Assembly (NCBI GenBank): GCA_964526295.1
Contig: CAZGKW010000013.1
Span: 31,468-95,467 of the forward strand
DNA from: an uncultured Anaerolineales bacterium
Lineage (GTDB): Bacteria > Planctomycetota > Phycisphaerae > FEN-1346
Direction: 5' to 3'
Length of the DNA stretch: 64,000 bases
Shown: piece by piece, positions 29,643 to 38,343 of the stretch
How positions within the stretch are numbered: the first letter of the stretch is position 1
Layout: each line of letters begins with the position of its first letter
The notes under the pieces: generated by a model
What the model saw: only the letters and a program-made list of their open reading frames with translations
What the model was told of the DNA's origin: nothing
The model's database searches: none
Position numbers and translations under genes: made by a program

Positions 29643-29672
29643 GGATGACCTCCGGGTGACGCCAGGAGCGCG

Positions 29673-31124
29673 TTACGGCGTGAGGCCGAAGGCGGCCAGC
29701 ATGGCGCGGGCCTTGTCGGCGGTCTCGTCGAACTCGGCCGCCGGGTCCGAGTCGGCCACGATGCCCCCGCCGACCTGCATGTGGACCCGCCCCCCGGCGG
29801 CCAGCAGCGTCCGAATGGCGATGTTGAGGGCACATCGTCCGGCCGGCTCGCCCGGCGATGGGGGCGCGATGTACCCCACCGCCCCGGTGTAGACGCTCCG
29901 GCGGGTCGGCTCCAGCTCGGCGATGATCTGCATCGCACGGACCTTCGGGGCCCCCGTGATCGAGCCGCCCGGGAACGTCGCCTTCAGCAGGTCGACGACG
30001 TCGCGGTCGGGGTGCAGCCGGCCCTCGACGGTCGCCACCGTATGATAGACCGCCTCGTAGGCCTCGAGGGTCCGCGGCTCGGTGACCCGGACCGACCCGT
30101 AAGAGGCGACGCGCCCGAGGTCGTTCCGCTCGAGGTCGACGATCATGACGAGTTCGGCCCGGTCCTTGGCGGAGACGTCGAGGTCGGCCCGCATGCGGCG
30201 ATTGAACGAAGCGTCGGCGGGCCGGCGAGGCCGCGTGCCCTTGATCGGCCGCGTGATAATCCGCCCGCCCGCCAGGTCGAGGAACAGCTCCGGGCTGCTC
30301 GAGAGGACCGCCCGGTCGGGCGCCACGCCGACGTAGGCCGCGTAGGGAGCGGGGTTCGCACGCCGGAGGGCCTCGTAGAGCGCCGGCGGCGCGGGAGCGG
30401 ACGCACCGGCCATCGCGATCGTGAAGCGGCGGCTCAGATTCACCTGGAAAATGTCGCCGGCGGCGATGTACTCGCGTGCCGCCGCCACCGCCTCCAGGTA
30501 ACCGGCGCGGGTGAAGTTGCACGCGACGACGGGCCGCTCGGGAAACGTCGTCTCACCCGGGCGCTCCGGCGCCGGGTCGGCAAGGGCGGCCTCGAGGGTC
30601 TCGCAGGCCGGGCCGTCGGCGCCGATGATCGTCGCGCTGCGCCGCCGATGCTCCAGCACCAGGACCGCGTCGTAGAGGCCGAACCAGAGCTCCGGCAGCG
30701 GTACGTCGCGCTGCCGCGCCAGGGCGGCTTTCGGCTCCACGTGGACCCCGAGGTCGTAGGCCAAGTAGCCGTAGAGCCCCGGCCCGTACGGCGGGCTTCC
30801 GACGTCCGCCGCCTCGTCCTCGACGCCCGTCGAGCGCAGCACCTCGCGGAGGGCCTCGAAGGGGCGGCACCCAAGCTCTTGCACGGTCCGGACGCCGGGG
30901 TCGAGCAGCCGCCCCGTCCCGTGCTCGAACACGAACGTCGCCGAGGGCTCGGCCGTCAGGACGCTCCACCGGGCCAGCCGGGCCGGACCGCCGGCACTGT
31001 CGAGCCAGACCGGCCCCCGCCGCTGGGCCAGGCGGCGGAAGACGCCGGCCACGTTCTCCGGCCACGGCACGCTGCGGACGGACCGGCGCAGGGCGTGTCG
31101 CGGGATGGTCGGCGTGCGGGTCAT
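29673..31124 (-). CDS. pabB: Aminodeoxychorismate synthase component I (chorismate-binding enzyme family)
   Basis: The C-terminal chorismate-binding domain is present (GGSITGAPK...GAVGY). There is no glutaminase domain. The ATG at 31124 overlaps the purN stop (ATGA). Confidence 0.75.
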   Translation of the reverse strand: MTRTPTIPRHALRRSVRSVPWPENVAGVFRRLAQRRGPVWLDSAGGPARLARWSVLTAEPSATFVFEHGTGRLLDPGVRTVQELGCRPFEALREVLRSTGVEDEAADVGSPPYGPGLYGYLAYDLGVHVEPKAALARQRDVPLPELWFGLYDAVLVLEHRRRSATIIGADGPACETLEAALADPAPERPGETTFPERPVVACNFTRAGYLEAVAAAREYIAAGDIFQVNLSRRFTIAMAGASAPAPPALYEALRRANPAPYAAYVGVAPDRAVLSSSPELFLDLAGGRIITRPIKGTRPRRPADASFNRRMRADLDVSAKDRAELVMIVDLERNDLGRVASYGSVRVTEPRTLEAYEAVYHTVATVEGRLHPDRDVVDLLKATFPGGSITGAPKVRAMQIIAELEPTRRSVYTGAVGYIAPPSPGEPAGRCALNIAIRTLLAAGGRVHMQVGGGIVADSDPAAEFDETADKARAMLAAFGLTP

Positions 31125-31762
31125 GGGCGGCGGTACTTCGGGGCGTCGACGTGGACGGTCCGGCCCTCGATGCGGAGCCGTCCCTCGGCGAACAGGCGGA
31201 TCGCCTCCGGATACGCGATGCACTCCTCGCGGAACACCCGGGCCGCCAGCTCGTCGGGCGTGTCCTTGGCATAGGCCGGCACGGTCCGCTGGAGGACGAT
31301 CGGCCCCTCGTCGTAGGCGTTGTCGACGAAGTGGACGGTACAGCCGGAGACCTTGCACCCCCGCGCGAGGACCGCCTCGTGAACGTGGTGCCCGTACATG
31401 CCCTTCCCGCCGAAGGACGGCAGCAGGGCCGGATGGATGTTCATCACGCGGCCGAGATAGCGGTCGGGTAAGGTCCAGTGGGAAAGGAACCCGGCCAGGC
31501 AAGTGAGGTCCGGCTCGGCCTCGTCGAGGACCGCGTCTATCGCCGCTGAGAAGGCCTCGGTGGTGTCGAAGTCGCGGCGGCGGACGAGGTGCGTCGGGAT
31601 GCCGGCCTCGCGGGCGATCTCGATGCCGCGGATACCCGGCCGGGACGCGATGACGAGGACCACCTCGGCCGCGAGGCGGTCCTCGGCGATGTGCTGGAGG
31701 ATGTTCTCGAGCGTCCGCCCGCCACCCGACAGCAGGACGCCGATACGGAGCGGCTGGGTCAT
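31121..31762 (-). CDS. purN: Phosphoribosylglycinamide formyltransferase
   Basis: It is 213 aa with PurN motifs (IGVLLSGGGRTL; NIHPALLP). Confidence 0.85.
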   Translation of the reverse strand: MTQPLRIGVLLSGGGRTLENILQHIAEDRLAAEVVLVIASRPGIRGIEIAREAGIPTHLVRRRDFDTTEAFSAAIDAVLDEAEPDLTCLAGFLSHWTLPDRYLGRVMNIHPALLPSFGGKGMYGHHVHEAVLARGCKVSGCTVHFVDNAYDEGPIVLQRTVPAYAKDTPDELAARVFREECIAYPEAIRLFAEGRLRIEGRTVHVDAPKYRRP

Positions 31763-31855
31763 TCGATGCCCTTCCCCCGGACCGGCTGGAGTGTACGCTT
31801 CGGCCCGAGAGGGGTCAACCCGCGCCCCTGACGGGCGGGCCCCGGCAAGCCCGCC

Positions 31856-34150
31856 TCAGAGGCCGCCGCGGTGCTGGATCGAATCGAGATAGCCCACGGC
31901 GTTGGGGCCCAGCTCGGCGGCGTTCGCTTCGTCCGTGTCGATGTGCATGTCGAGGCGGAAGTCGGGGTGGACCCGGACGCAGACGTCGCCGAAGATGAGC
32001 GACCGCTCGCCGGGCACGCGGATGCGGACGATGTCGCGGTCGCGGACGGCGAACTCCATGGCGTCTTCCGGCAACATGTGAATGTGCCGCATGGCACAGA
32101 TCACGCCTCGCTCCAAACGCACCTGGCCTGCGGGCCCCTCCAGGACGATGGCCGGCGTGCCGTCCAGGTCGCCCGAGAGGCGGATCGGGGCGTCGATGCC
32201 CAGCTTGAACTCTTCGGTCCGGGAGATCTCGACCTGGCTCTCCGGCCGCTCGGGCCCCAGGACGCGGACCCGCTCGATGCGGCCCTTCGGCCCGACCAGC
32301 GTGACGGCCTCCCGGCAGGCGAACTGGCCCGGCTGGGTCAGGTCGGCGTGCCAGGTCAGCGTGTGGCCCGGCCCGAAGAGGGCCTCGACGTGCTCGGCCG
32401 TCAGGTGAACGTGATGGGCCGACGTGCCGATCGGGATCGACCGTTCCTTCCGCCGCATGACGGCCGTGACGCGGGCGTGGGAGAGGGCCTGGACGGCGTG
32501 GAGGGCGACGGTCCGCTGCTCGTCGCTGCCGACCACGAAGATGCGGGCCCGCGACTGAGGGGCGGAGATCTCCGCCGTGTGGGCCGCCTCGACCTGGACC
32601 GACCGGTTGCGTCCCTCGTCCAGGACGATGCCCATCCAATCGAGGCCCTGGCAGATGCGGGCCCGGACGCCGGGGCTGTTCTCGCCGACGCCGCCGGTGA
32701 AGACGATGGCGTCGGCCCCTCCGAGGAGGCCGATGTAGGCGCTCAGGTGCTTCCGCGCCCGGAGGCAGAAGACCTGGAGCGCGAGCAGGGCCATGGGGTT
32801 GCCCCGGTTGGCCTCCTCGATCACGCGGATGACGTCGCCCGAGACGCACGAGAGGCCGAACAGGCCCGACTCGGTGAACAGCCGCTCGTACAGCTCGTCG
32901 GGGGGAATGCCGCGCTCCCGCACCAGATGCAGGACGAGGCCGGGGTCGAGGTCGCCCGGCCGGGTGGCCATGACGAGGCCCTCGAGCGGCGTGAAGCCCA
33001 TCGTCGTGTCGACGCACCGGCCGTGGTTGATCGCCGCCAGCGACGCCCCCTGCCCGAGGTGGCACGTGACGAACCGCAAGGCGTCGAACCCCGCGCCCAT
33101 GAACGCGGCGGCCGTGCGGGCCGCCCCCTCGTGCGAGATGCCGTGGAAGCCGAACCGACGCAGCTCCGGATCGTGGGCCAGGTCGGGCGGCAGGGCGTAG
33201 CGGCAGGCCGCCTCCGGCATCGTCCGGTGGAACGCCGTGTCGAAGACGGCCACCTGCGGCACGCCGGGTGCGAGCCCCTCGCACGCCTCAATGCCCCGGA
33301 GGTTGTACGGGTTGTCCTGGGGTGCCAGGGCCGACAGCTCCCGGATCCGCTCCTTCGTCTCCGGTGCGACCATCGCCGGCCCGTTGAACTCCGTGCCGCC
33401 GTGACGGACCATGTGGCCGACGGCCGACAGGTCGGATGGCGATCCAAGCAGCGGCTCGGGCCCGGAGGTCAGGGCGGCGAGGGCCGCTCCGAGGGCCGCC
33501 TCGTGGTCGGCCCGGCCGAGAGGACGCTGCCCCTCGCCTTCCGGGCCGTGGTAGGTGTGGACGGCCTCGCCGTCGGCGAAGCCCCCGATCCGGCCCCAAG
33601 CGAGCGCCGATTCGGACGTCGTGTCGAAGTAGGCGTACCGGACGTCGTCGCGTCGACACGTGACGGCCAGCAGCCGCATCGGCTCGGTGGCGCCGAGTGC
33701 GTAGCGGACCGCCGCCGCCGGCGCCGGCGCGGAAGGCTCCGAGTGCGGGGTCAGGCGGCGCGCGATCAGCTTCGTCAGAAACTGGATGGCCCGGCGGTTC
33801 ATCGCAATGAGAGGGCTGATCGCCTCCTGATAGAAGACGACCGCCTCGGACTCGACGAGCGCGACGACCGACGCGTTCGTGGGGTCGCCGGTCAGCATGC
33901 TCATCTCGCCGAAGCACTCGCCGGGCTCGATGGTCCCGATCCGTTCCCGCATGGCCGTGCCATAGCCTCGCACGGCTTCCAGGCGCCCCGCCGTCAGGAC
34001 GCCGAACACCTCGCCGGGGTTGTCGCCGTGGATGCAGACGTCGCCCGCCGCGTAGCGGACGGCCGTGCCGAGTCGGACCGCCTCGGCCAGCGCCTCGGGC
34101 GCGAACGTTTCGAACAGGGGGTGAGACTGGAGTTGATGGAGCACGTCCAT
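31856..34150 (-). CDS. Tri-domain fusion: a cyclic-nucleotide-binding domain, acetate/propionate kinase and a PduL/EutD-type phosphate acyltransferase
   Basis: Residues ~10-120 form a cNMP-binding fold (GECFGEMSMLTG). Residues ~290-560 carry acetate-kinase motifs (VAVFDTAFH; GFHGISH). The C-terminal ~200 aa are two PduL-type repeats with His-rich metal sites (SAHHVHL; MRHIHM). Confidence 0.7.
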   Translation of the reverse strand: MDVLHQLQSHPLFETFAPEALAEAVRLGTAVRYAAGDVCIHGDNPGEVFGVLTAGRLEAVRGYGTAMRERIGTIEPGECFGEMSMLTGDPTNASVVALVESEAVVFYQEAISPLIAMNRRAIQFLTKLIARRLTPHSEPSAPAPAAAVRYALGATEPMRLLAVTCRRDDVRYAYFDTTSESALAWGRIGGFADGEAVHTYHGPEGEGQRPLGRADHEAALGAALAALTSGPEPLLGSPSDLSAVGHMVRHGGTEFNGPAMVAPETKERIRELSALAPQDNPYNLRGIEACEGLAPGVPQVAVFDTAFHRTMPEAACRYALPPDLAHDPELRRFGFHGISHEGAARTAAAFMGAGFDALRFVTCHLGQGASLAAINHGRCVDTTMGFTPLEGLVMATRPGDLDPGLVLHLVRERGIPPDELYERLFTESGLFGLSCVSGDVIRVIEEANRGNPMALLALQVFCLRARKHLSAYIGLLGGADAIVFTGGVGENSPGVRARICQGLDWMGIVLDEGRNRSVQVEAAHTAEISAPQSRARIFVVGSDEQRTVALHAVQALSHARVTAVMRRKERSIPIGTSAHHVHLTAEHVEALFGPGHTLTWHADLTQPGQFACREAVTLVGPKGRIERVRVLGPERPESQVEISRTEEFKLGIDAPIRLSGDLDGTPAIVLEGPAGQVRLERGVICAMRHIHMLPEDAMEFAVRDRDIVRIRVPGERSLIFGDVCVRVHPDFRLDMHIDTDEANAAELGPNAVGYLDSIQHRGGL

Positions 34151-34274
34151 GGCGGTTCCTCCAGCGGCACGGGGAAGCCGGCCCGTGACGATAGCAGAGC
34201 GCGCCAGGGGTGTAAAGCGGGGCCCCGGCCGTCGGAGGCCGGGGCGGGGTCGGCGTCAGTCGTCCCGGCTGGGC

Positions 34275-34667
34275 CTACTCCGCCTCGGCCGTCACCCGCT
34301 GGACGACCCGCTTGAACGTGTCGGGGTCGATGGGCTTCTCGACGTAGGCGTCGGGTTCCTTGCCGAGGAACTCGCCCACGTCCTCGGCGGAGAACTGGAT
34401 GCCGACCTTCTCGGCGACGCCCGTCAGCATGATGACCTTGGTGGCCCGGAGGTCGGGGTCCTTGATGACCTCGGTGAAGACGTCGAAGCCGCTCTTGTTG
34501 GGCATCTGAACGTCGAGGACCATCAGGTCGGGCTTGAGGGACCTGGCCTTCTCGAGTCCGATCTCGCCGTCCTCGGCCTCGGCGATGTCCCATCCGTCGG
34601 GTTCGAGGATGGCCCGGACGAACTCGCGGGCCTCGTACTCATCGTCAACAATCAATGCTTTCTTCAT
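34275..34667 (-). CDS. Single-domain response regulator (CheY-like receiver)
   Basis: It is 130 aa with the DD..D..K receiver signature (LIVDDE...LMVLDVQMP...K). Confidence 0.85.
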   Translation of the reverse strand: MKKALIVDDEYEAREFVRAILEPDGWDIAEAEDGEIGLEKARSLKPDLMVLDVQMPNKSGFDVFTEVIKDPDLRATKVIMLTGVAEKVGIQFSAEDVGEFLGKEPDAYVEKPIDPDTFKRVVQRVTAEAE

Positions 34668-34704
34668 GGCTCCGGTGGCTCCTTCGTGTCCGCTCCGCCG
34701 CGCT

Positions 34705-35991
34705 TCAGCCCGACGCCTCCTGGTCCGGAGGCCGGACCGGCAGGAGCAGCGCGAACTCCGTTCCCACGCCGACCGTCGAGCCGACGCGGATGGTCCCGCC
34801 GTGCTCCTGGACGATCTTTTTCGTCACGGCCAGCCCCAGGCCGGTCCCTTTCCCCCCCTTGGTCGAGAAGAACGGGTCGAATACCTTGTCCCGTGTCTCG
34901 GGCCCCATGCCGCACCCGTTGTCGCGGACCCGGATGGTGAACTGCCCGTCCCCGTCTCCGGGCTCGACGACCAGCTCGACACGGGCGTCCTCGCGGTCGG
35001 CACAGGCGTCGACGGCGTTGCCGGCCAAATTGATCAGGCACCGCCGGATGCCGGACTCGTCGACACAGACGGTCTCGATTTCGCTGCGGGTCTCGAGCCG
35101 GACGTTCTTGCCGCGGGCCTGCTCCTCCAGGAGGTCGACGATGTCCTTGCACAGGTCGCCGATAGCGCAGTCCTGGTACAGGGGCTTGCGTTTCTTGGTG
35201 TAGGCGAGCATGTCGAGGACAATGTCGCTGAGTATCTGCATGTTGCGCTTGACCATCGCCCATCCGCGTTTCAGGGCGTCCGGCGTCTCGTCCGACAGGT
35301 TCTGGTCGATGATGTAGGAGCCGGCCCGGAGGCCGTTCAGGATGTTCTTGACGCAATGGGCCATGCCGGCCACGGTCTGGCCGACCGTGGCCAAGCGTTC
35401 GGCCAGGAGCCGGGCCTCGTGCTCCTCGGCGTTGTGGATGGCCACGGCGATGAGACTGGCTACGGCCCGGGCCAGCTCGAGGTCGTGGTCATCGAACGAC
35501 TGGCCGTCGCGGCGGTTGAGGACCTGCACGACGCCCACCGGCTTGCCTTTGGCCACCAGGGGCGCCGAGAGGATCGATCGGGTGCGAAACCCCGTCCGCC
35601 GGTCGTAATCGCGATTGAAGCGCTCGTCCTGGTACGCATCCGGTATGAGGAGGGCTTCCTGGTGGTGGGCGACCCATCCGGCGATGCTGTTGTCGTCGAT
35701 GGGGAGGCTCTGCTTGGCCAGCGAAGCGGTCTGGGGGCCCTCGACGAGGTGAAACGTCAGGCAGTCGGCCCCGGCCGGCTGGAGGAGGATCGAGCAGGCC
35801 TCGGCGTTCATCGCCTCCTGGGCCGCGTTCATCGCCGATCGCAGGACCGAGTCCAGGTCCAGCTCGCCCGCGACCATCTGGCTGACCTCGGACAGGGCCT
35901 CCAGGGCCCGGCGGCACTCGGGCGTCGAGGCGGCCTCGGCCGCTCGTTCGGAGGGTCCTGACCCGCCCGCGTGTGGGTCCCGGCGTGCCAC
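34705..35991 (-). CDS. GAF-domain sensor histidine kinase
   Basis: It has a GAF domain, HisKA (MAHCVKN) and HATPase_c (GTGLGL) domains. The GTG start at 35991 was chosen for a strong GGAAGGAGG-like RBS (GGGGAGGTG). The upstream ORF extension is low complexity. Confidence 0.7.
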   Translation of the reverse strand: MARRDPHAGGSGPSERAAEAASTPECRRALEALSEVSQMVAGELDLDSVLRSAMNAAQEAMNAEACSILLQPAGADCLTFHLVEGPQTASLAKQSLPIDDNSIAGWVAHHQEALLIPDAYQDERFNRDYDRRTGFRTRSILSAPLVAKGKPVGVVQVLNRRDGQSFDDHDLELARAVASLIAVAIHNAEEHEARLLAERLATVGQTVAGMAHCVKNILNGLRAGSYIIDQNLSDETPDALKRGWAMVKRNMQILSDIVLDMLAYTKKRKPLYQDCAIGDLCKDIVDLLEEQARGKNVRLETRSEIETVCVDESGIRRCLINLAGNAVDACADREDARVELVVEPGDGDGQFTIRVRDNGCGMGPETRDKVFDPFFSTKGGKGTGLGLAVTKKIVQEHGGTIRVGSTVGVGTEFALLLPVRPPDQEASG

Positions 35992-36238
35992 TCGGGCACC
36001 TCCCCGCCAAGTGAAGCCGGACGACTGGACGCCCGGCCGGCTCAGTCCCCGACGTGAAAAGGGACCGTTGCATAGAATAGGTGCCGCGAGGGGGTTGTCA
36101 ATCGGTTTTCGCGAGGACCTCTCGTGCCGGCAGCCGATGCCCGTCGGCTCCGGGACGCGAAAAGCCTTCCCTCGGGGCCCCCTGACGAGTATCCTTGGCG
36201 GCCGTCTGCTGGCACCTTGCCATACGCCGGAGCCGACC

Positions 36239-37276
36239 ATGTTCGAGGACAGAATGGTCGCGGTCGTCGTCCCGTGCTACAACGAGGAGACGCAGATCGA
36301 ACGGGTCCTGGCGACCATGCCGGACTTCGTCGACGCCATCATCGTCGTCGACGACGCCAGCCGCGACGCGAGTGGGGACGTCGTCCGACGCGCCATCGAC
36401 CGCGACGGGCCGGACGGACGGATCACTCTGGTCACGCACGATGTGAACCGCGGCGTCGGGGCCGCCATCGCCACCGGTTACAAGGAGGCCCTCCGGCGGG
36501 GCGTCGACGTGGCGGCCGTCATGGCCGGCGACGGCCAGATGGACCCCGGGGAGCTCGAGCTCCTCGTCGGGCCGGTGGCCCGAGGCGAGGCCGACTACGC
36601 CAAGGGCAACCGCCTCTTCTACCAGGGCGCCTGGGGCAACACCCCCAAGCATCGCTATATGGGCAACGCGTTCCTCTCGATGCTCACGAAGATCGCCAGC
36701 GGCTACTGGCACGTCGCCGACTCCCAGACCGGCTTCACGGCCATCAACCGCCGCGCCCTGGAGCTCGTGGACCTCGATCGGCTGTATCCCCGCTACGGGT
36801 ACCCGAACGATCTGCTGATCCGTCTGAACGTCTTCGACATGCGGGTCGCTGACGTCCACGTCCGGCCGGTCTACAACGTGGGAGAGTCCTCGAAGATGCG
36901 CCTGCGGCACGTCGTGCCGAAGCTCTCGTGGCTCATCCTGAAGCGGTTCGTCTGGCGCCTGAAACAGAAGTACGTGGTCCACGACTTCCATCCGCTGGTC
37001 CTCTTCTACGGGGCAGCGGGGTTCTTCACAGCGTCTTCCCTGGTGTTGTTCGTGCGGTTGATCTGGGTGTGGGCCGCCAAGGGCGACATCCCCGACATGA
37101 ACGCGCTCCTGTGGGCCATGTGCGTCATCACGTCGATCCAGCTCGGCCTGTTCGCCATGTGGTTCGACATGGAGATGAACCGCCACCTTCGCATCGTCAT
37201 CAACTCCCAGCCCCGGCCGGCCTGTCCGCTTCCCCCGGACGAGCTCCGCGAAGACGGCGGCGACGGAGAGGCATGA
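36239..37276 (+). CDS. GT2-family glycosyltransferase (DPM1/polyprenyl-phosphate sugar transferase-like) with C-terminal TM helices
   Basis: The N-terminal VVVPCYNEE...DDAS.D is a GT-A DxD fold. Two C-terminal TM helices are predicted. Confidence 0.75.
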   Translation: MFEDRMVAVVVPCYNEETQIERVLATMPDFVDAIIVVDDASRDASGDVVRRAIDRDGPDGRITLVTHDVNRGVGAAIATGYKEALRRGVDVAAVMAGDGQMDPGELELLVGPVARGEADYAKGNRLFYQGAWGNTPKHRYMGNAFLSMLTKIASGYWHVADSQTGFTAINRRALELVDLDRLYPRYGYPNDLLIRLNVFDMRVADVHVRPVYNVGESSKMRLRHVVPKLSWLILKRFVWRLKQKYVVHDFHPLVLFYGAAGFFTASSLVLFVRLIWVWAAKGDIPDMNALLWAMCVITSIQLGLFAMWFDMEMNRHLRIVINSQPRPACPLPPDELREDGGDGEA

Positions 37277-37365
37277 GCGCAAGCCGCGTGGAGCGGAGCG
37301 GGCGAAGGGACGCCTTGCCCGTGAGGAAACGACCCGCGACGTCGCCAAGAGGAAGCCTGATTCGC

Positions 37366-38148
37366 ATGGCAGCACCTCCGGACGGGTTCCAAAGACGCGC
37401 CATCATGGGAGGGCTTCCGCGTTCGGGGTCCAGCCTGATACGAAGCATTCTGAACGGCCATCCGCGGATTCTCGCGCCGCGGGAGACGGCGGTCTTTATC
37501 CACGACTTGGACGTACTCCGGTCGAAATCGCCCCGCATAGCACCGCGAATCGGTCGGCGGCTCGGGTTGCCGGCCGACCTCGTCTCGGAGCTGCTCGCGG
37601 AGGCGGGCTCGACCGTCGAGTTCTTCGACGAGTTGATGTTTGCGTGGCGCCGAACCACCGGGCGCTGGGACGCCGACGTGTGGCTTGAGAAGACACCCCG
37701 CAACTGCCGGCGCTGTGCCGCCATACGACGAGAGTGCCCCGACGCCGGGTTTATCTCGATCCTGCGGGACGGCCGCGACGTGGTCACCTCCGTCTTCCCG
37801 GGGAGGGAAGGCTATTACTGCAGCATCGACCGTTACGTCCGCGCGGTTCGCCAGATCATGGCGTTCGAGAACGACGCCCACCTCCTTGTCCGCTATGAGG
37901 CGTTCGTCGAATCGACGGAGGAGGTGCTCCGTGACATCACTAAGCACATCGGGGTTGAATGGTCCGACGAGATGATGGGATCTTGCCGCAGGCGGCCGGG
38001 GCTTTCGGGCAACCGGAAGGTCGAGGAACCCGTCACGGACCGCTGGGTCGGCCGATGGCGGCTGCCCGAGCACGCGGACCGCATCCGTGCCTTCTACGAG
38101 ACGCCGGAAGCCGTGGAGTGCCTCGCTCTGAGCGGTTACGAGCCGTGA
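37366..38148 (+). CDS. PAPS-dependent sulfotransferase
   Basis: It has a 5'-PSB loop (GLPRSGSS) and a 3'-PB-like region. An AGAGGAAG RBS sits upstream. Confidence 0.7.
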   Translation: MAAPPDGFQRRAIMGGLPRSGSSLIRSILNGHPRILAPRETAVFIHDLDVLRSKSPRIAPRIGRRLGLPADLVSELLAEAGSTVEFFDELMFAWRRTTGRWDADVWLEKTPRNCRRCAAIRRECPDAGFISILRDGRDVVTSVFPGREGYYCSIDRYVRAVRQIMAFENDAHLLVRYEAFVESTEEVLRDITKHIGVEWSDEMMGSCRRRPGLSGNRKVEEPVTDRWVGRWRLPEHADRIRAFYETPEAVECLALSGYEP

Positions 38149-38343
38149 CGATTGGGGGGGGCGCGAAATCTGCTTGTCATGTCTCACCTCGGCCGGGATA
38201 ATGTCACAAGAAGCGAGAGGCTGCGCAAGACTCCTGAAAGCCCGCTCCGAGCCGTGCCTTTCCCTCCCCGATCGCGCCCGGACCCGTAACGCAGCGCCGT
38301 TCGCCCTCAAAAGCCCTGGCAACGCGAACGGCAGGAGCAAGCC

